From the NCBI RefSeq assembly GCF_000195855.1, contig NC_002677.1, positions 60,001 to 92,000 on the forward strand: DNA of 32,000 nt, read 5' to 3'. The notes beneath the pieces were generated by a model. That model made no database searches. It had not been told where the DNA came from and was given only the letters and a program-made list of their open reading frames with translations. Below are positions 8,866 to 15,597 of the stretch, in pieces. A program made the position numbers and the translations under genes. Source of the stretch: Mycobacterium leprae TN. Its GTDB lineage: Bacteria; Actinomycetota; Actinomycetes; Mycobacteriales; Mycobacteriaceae. The number at the start of each line of letters is the position of its first letter. The first letter of the stretch is position 1.

Positions 8866-10587
8866 TCACTCTCTTATGTTGAGGTGTGCGTGCACCGTGG
8901 CGATCGCCTCGGCCATGTCTGAGCCGTTGATCTCCTGCAGTCGGTCCACATCCAGTTGCTCGATGTCGACACCCCGAGCCAGCCGCATGTCACGACACTG
9001 TTCAGCGGCTTCCACCAATTGTCGCGCGTAGCGACCGTTGCCGGCAACGTCGAGGGCGGGTCTGCCGCGCAAAGTCCGCTGGGCTAACTGCTTAGCCGCT
9101 TCCAGCAGATTCTTGCTCGCTTCTGCACTCAACGATGAATCGGCATCAGTTGCAATGACTTTCGCGATTTCGAGAAGCTCATCAGGGGAATAGGTATCGA
9201 ATTCGATTCGAGTCGCGAAGCGCGATCGCAGACCTTCGTTGGTTTCCAGAAGCCGATCGATATCGGAGCTGTAGCCGGCGATGATCACCACCAGTCGATC
9301 GCGGTCGTTTTCCATCCGCGCCAGCAGGGTGTCCAGCGCCTCTTGTCCGAACGGATCGGTGCGCCCGTCCCGTTCCTGCACCAGTGCGTAGGCTTCGTCG
9401 ATGAATAACACGCCGCCGAGGGCAAGATCGATTGTCTTGGCGGCTTTGACTGCTGACTGTCCTTCGTATTCGGCGACGAAATCTTTGCGTGACGTTTCGA
9501 CCAGCTTTGGTTCCGAGATGACACCCAATCCGGCCAGAATATTGGCCACCACCCGCGCGATAGTAGTCTTGCCGGTACCGGGTGGCCCAGTGAAAATCAT
9601 GTGTTTGCTTGGCTGCGCCACTTTCATGCCTTTGGCAGCGCGAACCTTCGCCATCATCGTTGCGGCCCGGTACCTCTCTATCTGGGTTTTAACCCTGGTG
9701 AGCCCAATCTGCCTGTCCAGCTCGGCCTGCGCCTGGGTGAGCAGTCTGTCTCGATCGGAGTTGTCGGTAACCACACTGCTCGGATCCCACGGGTCCGCGC
9801 GGGCGGCGATCTGTTCGGCAGTCGTTGTCGTCAGGCGATAGGACGGATCCTTTAGCGCCGCAGACACTTTACTTTCCGGGTGGGTGGTCTGCAACCATTC
9901 CAGCAGCGCCACCGCAGCGTCTTCATTGCCCTGGCTGCGCCGTGCCATTGCTAGATACCAAGCGATGGAGCGTGCACACGCTTCGCCGGCCGGGGAGTCA
10001 TTCGCCTCGGTAAGTCGACGTTCGGCCTCGGTGAACAAACCGAGGTTGGCAGCTGCTACTCCATGTGCGACGCCAGCGGCGCCAGCTAGGAACTTGTCCG
10101 GCCATTTCCCGGCACCCTTGACTTCGTCGATCACGTCGGTCCATCGTTCGGCTGCGCCGTAGACCACCGCCTTGAGCCAGGCCACTAGATGTTCGGAGCC
10201 GGTGATCGAAGTGGCATCAATCGCTTCCATAGCGTCGGCGAAGTTACCTTGAGCCGCTTCGCACGCGGCGAAACCCATAGTGATAGCTAGCGGAGAAGTG
10301 ACCGGGTAAGTGATGTCGCCGTATAGCCCTCCGATGGGAACTCTGGCGTTGAGGGTGGTCATCGGGATCTGGACAGATCCCGACAACTGCCCGAAGTTCC
10401 TTCGCGAATACCAGGCACGAAACAGTGTCACTCGGTCGGTGTCGCCGCAGCGGATCCGGCCGATCCATGCGTCGCAGGCAGTCTCGTCGTAATTCGTGAT
10501 TTCGGTGAACAGCTCAAACGATCGCGCCTCCGACATGGGCAACATGCTGGCGGCGCTTTCGAATAGGCTGCCCAGGCGATCAATCAT
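8866..10587 (-). CDS. eccA1: EccA1, ESX-1 AAA+ (CbxX-type) ATPase with a TPR-like N-terminal domain
   Basis: 573-aa ORF. Walker A is FTGPPGTGKTTIARV and Walker B is GGVLFIDEAYAL. The N-terminus LFESAASMLPMSEARSFELFTEITNYDETACDAWIGRIRCGD matches Rv3868. Confidence 0.95.
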   Translation of the reverse strand: MIDRLGSLFESAASMLPMSEARSFELFTEITNYDETACDAWIGRIRCGDTDRVTLFRAWYSRRNFGQLSGSVQIPMTTLNARVPIGGLYGDITYPVTSPLAITMGFAACEAAQGNFADAMEAIDATSITGSEHLVAWLKAVVYGAAERWTDVIDEVKGAGKWPDKFLAGAAGVAHGVAAANLGLFTEAERRLTEANDSPAGEACARSIAWYLAMARRSQGNEDAAVALLEWLQTTHPESKVSAALKDPSYRLTTTTAEQIAARADPWDPSSVVTDNSDRDRLLTQAQAELDRQIGLTRVKTQIERYRAATMMAKVRAAKGMKVAQPSKHMIFTGPPGTGKTTIARVVANILAGLGVISEPKLVETSRKDFVAEYEGQSAVKAAKTIDLALGGVLFIDEAYALVQERDGRTDPFGQEALDTLLARMENDRDRLVVIIAGYSSDIDRLLETNEGLRSRFATRIEFDTYSPDELLEIAKVIATDADSSLSAEASKNLLEAAKQLAQRTLRGRPALDVAGNGRYARQLVEAAEQCRDMRLARGVDIEQLDVDRLQEINGSDMAEAIATVHAHLNIRE

Positions 10588-11093
10588 TTTTGCCGAAGTA
10601 TATTGTTGGAGAACATTTCTGCTTCTGCAGCAGCCTGTTCCGACGTGGGCAAATTTAGGGTCAGCCCTACTAGTTCACATCTGGCGGTTGTGTTTTCTCC
10701 GCCGCCTTGGAGGCTGTCGAGTATGCAAGTGCCCTGGGAGGTTCGCGCCTTCTGCCGAGCCAAGCTAGCAAGGACAAAGGCCTCTGTTGCGGGCTTCTTT
10801 TCGCCAATCCGAGTCACTTGGTCGGTCAGCTCAACCTGGTGGACTCTGCCGTTCATGAGTGCCGACACCGACTTGGCGGGGTTCGTCACCGCGAGTAGCT
10901 CGACCTCAAGCTCCTCCTCCGGTTCAGTCAGAGATTGGAAGACGTCTAGATCGTTGGCTTCGATGCCCACTGGCGTTGTCGGCGCATAACCATCGAGCTC
11001 GTCGAAAAACAACGACTCCTCGTAGTAGCGGTTGGCGCTGTAGAAATCTAGGCTTGCCAAGTGATTATCGTCGTCATTCCCGAGCAGGTTCAC
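10584..11093 (-). CDS. espH: EspH (ESX-1 secretion-associated protein). The proposed GTG start sits inside a longer open frame.
   Basis: The C-terminal 169 codons of track ORF 10584..11600 align with Rv3867. NLLGNDDDNHLASLDF corresponds to H37Rv MVDPPGNDDDHGDLDALDF, followed by VELLAVTNPAKSVSALMNGRVHQVELTD...LARQKARTSQ...LTLNLPTSEQAAAEAEMF. A GTG (complement of 11091-11093) is preceded by aaaggga about 8 nt upstream. The stop overlaps the eccA1 start (ATGA). The start is uncertain because the frame stays open to 11600. Confidence 0.7.
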   Translation of the reverse strand: MNLLGNDDDNHLASLDFYSANRYYEESLFFDELDGYAPTTPVGIEANDLDVFQSLTEPEEELEVELLAVTNPAKSVSALMNGRVHQVELTDQVTRIGEKKPATEAFVLASLARQKARTSQGTCILDSLQGGGENTTARCELVGLTLNLPTSEQAAAEAEMFSNNILRQK

Positions 11094-11669
11094 TGTGGAG
11101 TCCCTTTCTAAAATCGCAGCACGAAGAGTAAGAAGGAAGTTACCTCTGGAAGGAGTGTCGTAAACGTGATCTAACCAGGAGCCCGCTGGTAGCAGCTCCA
11201 TCAGGTTGTTGAAGGCGACCTGTAGGTTTTGCTGAATGCCCGACAGGAAGCTCCCGTACAGTTCGTTACCAACCCGACGGGGCAGCGCGACACCAACCTG
11301 CCCTGCGCGGAGTCGAGAACCCCTTACAGCTGTGTCCGTGTATGTTGTCGTGCCTCCCGGCGGGCGTTGAGTAACGATGATCGCCAACCAGTTGGACGGG
11401 TTCCTGAGGAACTTGCCATAGATGCAGGCTGAGCTCGGTTGGACACCTTGTCCGACCAACTGGGCTGCGGTTCTGTACTCGGCTAGTTTTTTGGCTATGC
11501 CGGTCAGCGGTTGGACATTTGCAGACTCTGCAGGGTCCAGCATGGTGGTCACCATGCTGGCCTGGCTGATCTGTAGAGCCATTAACTGTAGTATCAGCAT
11601 GTCGTCCTATCGCGCGCCGCGATGACGACATGGCGGTCGCCCCTGCGGCACACAACGAAGGTGCACCAT

Positions 11670-11773
11670 TTGTTGTTGCCAACATTGCGACGCCACTACC
11701 GAGTCTCCACTCCCGGTCCGGTTGTTGTTGCCAACATTGCGACGCCACTACCGAGTCTCCACTCCCGGTCCGG
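11670..11773. repeat. Perfect 52-bp tandem duplication (2.0 copies) inside the espG1 pseudogene
   Basis: ttgttgttgccaacattgcgacgccactaccgagtctccactcccggtccgg occupies 11670-11721 and is repeated identically at 11722-11773. The flanking bases differ, so there are exactly two copies. Confidence 0.97.
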
Positions 11774-11966
11774 CCGGTTAGACGTATCTGCCATCGCTGC
11801 CAACTTCGGGTAAGGTTGGCCGTTAGCGTCCCTGAATTCCCTGGGAGGCAAGGTCACATTGCACCCGTTTCCAGACCACGGCTGGTAGTTCCTGTCTGAG
11901 GAATCATTGATTCGTATCCCGAGTGCCGTAGGGAAAGCTACAAGGTGCAATCGGTCCGTGACTACC

Positions 11967-11995
11967 AACATATAACATACCGTCAACATACCGTC
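11967..11995. repeat. 11-bp perfect tandem duplication plus a partial 7-bp copy inside the espG1 pseudogene
   Basis: aacataccgtc occurs at 11974-11984 and again at 11985-11995. It is preceded by aacatat at 11967-73. Together these add 18 nt (6 codons): DGMLTVCYMLVVTDRLHLV versus H37Rv DGMLVIADRLHLV. Confidence 0.85.
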
Positions 11996-12072
11996 GGTAG
12001 TCACTTCGACGCCGACCACATCGTTGACGAGGCCAGCGCGACCGGAAGCCAGCGGACCGGACATAGTCACGT

Positions 12073-12417
12073 CACCAATGAACCGTTTTATTTAGCGTCT
12101 GGCCGCTGAATATATCGGTGTTTAGGTCCGCGGCCGCCGGCAGCATGCAGTAGAGTCGTAAACCAAGCGAGCTACAAACCCCTGCGATGTTTGTGCTTGC
12201 TTGATTGCGGGTGGTCTTTAAGTCTTTGATTGCGGGTGGTCTTTAGTTGTGTTCAGCATAATCATATTGTGAAGGTTGTGACCCGTTCGTCTGTAAGACC
12301 TGTTGGCGGAGCCCTGTGCCTTTTCTGGTCGAGGTTTTGACTTCGCCTGAGGTGGGGGTCACTTATCCCGCCCTGCGTTTGCAGCCACGACGAGATGACG
12401 CCCAGAATTCCTGTCAT
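12073..12417 (-). pseudogene. espF: espF pseudogene
   Basis: Minus-strand ATG at complement of 12415-12417. Translation gives MTGILGVISSWLQT...GLTDERVTTFTI*LC*TQLKTTRNQ, compared with H37Rv MTGFLGVVPSFLKV...[25 protein letters not shown]. This includes two in-frame TGA codons. Homology then shifts frame after the direct repeat (TTRNQASTNIAGVCSSLG, then AAADL) and shifts again for the last residues (IKRFIG versus IDKIFG). Confidence 0.7.
12201..12245. repeat. 20-bp perfect direct repeat with 25-bp period inside the espF pseudogene
   Basis: ttgattgcgggtggtcttta occurs at 12201-12220 and 12226-12245, separated by agtct. Confidence 0.9.
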
Positions 12418-12512
12418 GAGTTATCTCCTCCTCTAAGTACGTTTTCTACCTACTATCTATGGTCTTGGCTCGCTAGGGTTTTGGCCTATTAGTCGAGCAG
12501 TTGCCGATGGTG

Positions 12513-13689
12513 TCAAAGGATGCGCGCACCCGTCTCTCCGGTTGAGTCTCCACCGGTTGCCTGTATCGGAATGCGCTCTTCACCGGCTGTGCCCGCGCCG
12601 GCTTCCTCATTCTTCGCCGCCATTCTTGTTATCGCTGATACGGGTACCCTCATGTTGTCCCCTTATGAGGCCTGCCTGTTGAGCCGCCCGCCAGCACTAC
12701 TTTCGGTGAGTTGAGGCACCTGATCAGGGTTGTCGTTAGATGGCTCATCGCTGGAACCTGCTTAAGGGGGATCAGGTTGCTAAAACCCAAAGGCGGCATA
12801 CCGAATATGCCACTTAAGATGTCGGGGAATTAGGCGAAGTCACTCTCCACAAAGACAACTTTCCCATGTTGCTGAATAATTCGGACAAGTTCGGCAAGTC
12901 AAGTAAACTGTAATGAGAGAGCCTGGGAATTCGAACTTAAGGAAGACTGGGAAGCTCGGGAAGTGGTGCCAGATGAATTCGAGTAGCTCGGAGATCGAAT
13001 CTGACCTTTCGGAAATGTTGAAATTTGGCGGCCATATGCCGGGGATTTTGGATATCAAGCCACCAGTCCAGTCGATCAAGCCAGGAATCAAGTTGATCAA
13101 GCCAGGAATCAAGTTGATCAAGCCAGGAATCAAGTTGATCAAGTCATTCGGCAAGTTAGCGATCATTTTTGGTAAATAGCTGAGCACTCCTTGCAAATTG
13201 GTAATCTTGGTTAGTGTCATGATAGTAAAATAGAACATGGCTCCACCGATTCCCTCCATTCACAATGGCTGTAGGCGGGGCTGGTTATCGCCGTAGGAAG
13301 CTGCATCGCCGATAAGCCAAAGACGGTTTTCCAGCCAGGTGCAAGCCCACTACGCTCACTCAACCATACACTTCAAGGTGGTTTCAGAACGTGGCACGTG
13401 GTAGAGATATCCTTGGCCTGATTCCAGACAAAATTGTTGGTTGATTTGTCAAGCTGACTCATTGTTTACGAGTGAAGCTGGTTGGCGAGGTTTTGAGCGG
13501 AATAGGCATCAGCGGACTCATCAACCCATCTAAGTCGGAAACAGTCTTGCCGATCTCTGTGTCGATTGATGTGAACATGGATGAAGAGGAGTGGAAGACA
13601 TCGCTAGGGGCGAGAATGCCCTCTCCAAGAATTAGCAACAAGTGGGAAATAACACCAATTGTCGAATCGTAAATTCCGGTTCTAGACAT
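12513..13689 (-). pseudogene. espE: espE pseudogene
   Basis: Three fragments match Rv3864. The N-terminal fragment is ORF 13459..13689, with HLLLILGEGILAPSDVFHSSSSMFTSI versus QLLLLGEGIPDPGDIFNTGSSLFKQI. The middle fragment is ORF 12840..13259 in a different frame, with GGAMFYFTIMTLTKITNLQGVL...GIWPP versus GGALLYLTIMTLMNATNLRGIL...GLWPP. The C-terminal fragment contains an in-frame TAA (QAS*GDN...AAKNEEAGAGTAGEERIPIQATGGDSTGETGARIL*) and ends at 12513. GC content is lower than in the flanking intact genes. Confidence 0.85.
13074..13145. repeat. 21-bp minisatellite with 3 perfect copies plus partial and degenerate flanking copies, inside the espE pseudogene
   Basis: gatcaagccaggaatcaagtt occurs at 13074-13094, 13095-13115 and 13116-13136. 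A partial gatcaagtc follows at 13137-13145. A degenerate copy (gatatcaagccaccagtccagtc) lies at 13051-13073. On the minus strand it encodes the repeated heptad LINLIPG. Confidence 0.95.
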
Positions 13690-14439
13690 TTGAGCCTTTC
13701 CTCATACCCGCTGATTCTGTGCACTGTCTTTTTCATGTGCACCTTTGCACCGCGACGACGTCGGCATGAGCGGCAATCGGCTGAGTCCTGTAGCCCCTGA
13801 CTGTCCTATGTTGCCCCCGGAGTCTGTCTCAATTGATCTGGCTAAGCAGCGCTTCGATGGTATCGGCGGCGTTGGCGAGCACAATTTTTTGCTTCCGCGT
13901 GGATGGTTAGATCTTCTGTGAACTCGGCTGCTTGTGCAGTATCGTTAGGCCGAAAAATTGGTCGCGTTGCCGGGGTAGCATATAGACGCTGCGTCAGTGG
14001 CGTCTAGCGTGATCGCTCTGCGCCGCATCAGTTCGTCGAGGTGACGGGGTGGACCGCGCCCAGAACCTTGAATCAATTCCGGGGTAATCTGACCGACGCA
14101 GGTTGCGCGGATGGCCGGCTTTGCCCATCCTGGTGGATCCACGCCGATCATCCTGGAGGGCAACTGAAGGAGACCTCTTTCAAGTGTGGCCCCGATTTGT
14201 TTGGCGAGGTTAACTACGGGCATCTTTCGAACGTGGTGGGTGTGCCCGCGTTTATGACGCCATCCGCTGTAAGGCTGCGCTGGCTCGGGTCAAGTTCACT
14301 ACGGTGTGCAGCGCCGTCCGCTCTGGCCTGAGCTGAACCCGGATCCTGTTCGTTTGCCGCTGAGTTGCTAGTGTTGTTCGATCCCTCCGTGGGCAGGTCA
14401 TCGTGTGTGGGCAGCTTGACCAGTTTACACGTCAGCGCC

Positions 14440-15135
14440 TTACTCGGAAGTAGGGTCTCCGATCCGTCATAGGTGAAGAAATTTTCCGTGGTGGTGGTGT
14501 TGTGGTGGGCTGGTGGGGTGTGGGTGGTTGATCTGCGCTAGAAGGTTGCCGTATGTGCCGCCGACGGCCGGATCATCGATGCACTGTTCACTAACACGAT
14601 ACTGCTGCACCCGGCGGCATGCCTGCTTGCTGGCTGAGGGCCGGTCAACAAGCCGCCGACACCGATACCAGCGGCAGAAATGGTGCAAGGGATAACATCA
14701 GGTGCGAATAGTTATACCGTGCACGGGGACGTGCCTGTTCAGGTGCGGCCACATTGACCACGCCGACACCTCAAGGCCATGACATGCACACTAAAACGCC
14801 CCTACCCCGCGGCGCTAACAACTATCCTCACACTCACGCCTGCATCGATATCGCCTTCAGCACAGCCCAGGTGCCCAGCCCCTGGCATCATCAACATGTA
14901 GACCAAGCAGCATCCACCACCGACATGCTTACGTGCGCCGCGCTAATCGTGTCCACTGCGGCAAAGCACACGAAGCCTCATCGAAAGCAGGCAGTCAGCC
15001 ACCCACCAACAAAAACCCCGCAACACAGCAAAACACGTCAACAACCTGCAGTTCAAGGGAAGCAGCGGTGGGGTAGTGGTGGGAAACCAGTACGAGGCTT
15101 CGTATGTGCGTTCACCCGGAATCGGACCCGCCCAC
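14440..15135. repeat. RLEP, the M. leprae-specific dispersed repeat. Boundaries are approximate, about +/-100 bp.
   Basis: It contains sequences I recognise as published RLEP PCR primers and probes. These are caccgataccagcggcagaa (14660-14679), cagaaatggtgcaaggga (14675-14692), gaccacgccgacacctca (14756-14773) and cctcaaggccatgacatgca (14769-14788). They give the remembered 129-bp and nested 99-bp amplicons. Others are cgctagaaggttgccgtatg (14536-14555), cgccgacggccggatcatcga (14559-14579) and ttcactaacacgatactgc (14587-14605). ccaccgacatgcttacgtgc (14917-14936), paired with the site at 14565-14584, gives 372 bp. Strand composition is strongly asymmetric: G/T-rich at 14480-14530 and C/A-rich at 14750-15050. 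Confidence 0.93.
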
Positions 15136-15138
15136 TTG

Positions 15139-15188
15139 AACATAAAACAGTGTGAGAAATCAATTGATTTCTCACACTGTTTTATGTT
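15139..15188. repeat. 50-bp perfect palindrome with 25-bp arms and no spacer, AT-rich
   Basis: aacataaaacagtgtgagaaatcaa|ttgatttctcacactgttttatgtt. The right arm is the exact reverse complement of the left. The centre is caattg. On the plus strand it is followed by agtaattttctt. Confidence 0.97.
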
Positions 15189-15597
15189 AGTAATTTTCTT
15201 CGATGGCGGAGTAGCTCTTAATTCGGTTCGGACCGGAATACGGCGACCTGTCCCGCTGGGGACTCGAATTTATCGGCGGTCCCATCAAGAGCCATTCTTG
15301 AATGTTTAGCAAATCCAACCCCCAACTGGGACTGTGGTCGGAAACTCTCGAGAGCCTTGGGTCCGCTTTCTCGGAGCTGAATTAGCCTATCTTGACCTGC
15401 CAGGGAATCGACACCCGCTGGCCAATGCCCTGTAGTCCACAACTATGGTATTTGTCGCTCAGGCGGGCCTGGATAACCGGCCACTACGTAAAGTCTACCC
15501 GCAAATTCGAATGGGGTCATTGGGGTTCAGCGAGGCCGGCCCGACTTATGGTCGGGCACCGTCAGCACCATTGCGGGGCCAGTGGCTATCCTGAATT

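Larger units (their letters stand above)
11142..12064 (-). pseudogene. espG1: espG1 pseudogene (ESX-1 PE/PPE chaperone) with a nonsense codon, a frameshift, tandem duplications and loss of its stop codon
   Basis: Track ORF 11696..12070 carries the N-terminal part, MSGPLASGRAGLVNDVVGVEVTTDGML...DRLHLVAFPTALGIR...AAMADTSNRPDR, which matches Rv3866. It ends at TAG (11696-11698), where H37Rv has the first W of RWWRR. Homology continues in the same frame as WRRNVGNNKWCTFVVCRRGDRHVVIAARD. It then shifts frame near 11605-11610 into DDMLILQLMALQ...PLTGIAKKLAEY...GGTTTYTD...LPRRVGNELYGSFLSGIQQNL...LLPAGSWLDH...SRG, ending near 11142. Confidence 0.85.

Noticed and set aside
11266-11748. 160-aa minus-strand ORF beginning in the 52-bp repeat
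   Set aside because: It is the out-of-frame reading of espG1 created by the duplication and frameshift, and is Arg/Gly/Pro-rich. The EspG1 homology lies in the other two frames.
11670-13145. Possibility that the direct repeats form a CRISPR array
   Set aside because: The repeats are contiguous tandem copies without unique spacers. They have different unit sequences and lie inside recognisable pseudogenes. No cas genes are present.
13945-14331. Overlapping ORFs (minus 92 aa, plus 96 aa) first considered as a WhiB-like remnant because of ATCVGQITPELIQGSGRG
   Set aside because: Only one Cys lies in the right context. There is no C-x2-C-x5-C cluster. The strand is wrong for whiB6 by synteny. 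A better candidate exists at 15598-15899. This may be Rv3863-derived, but I cannot show it.
14754-15155. 133-aa plus-strand ORF (His/Thr/Pro/Gln-rich) inside RLEP
   Set aside because: It lies within a dispersed repeat regarded as noncoding. Its extreme C/A strand bias produces low-complexity translation. It has no SD and no recognisable domain.
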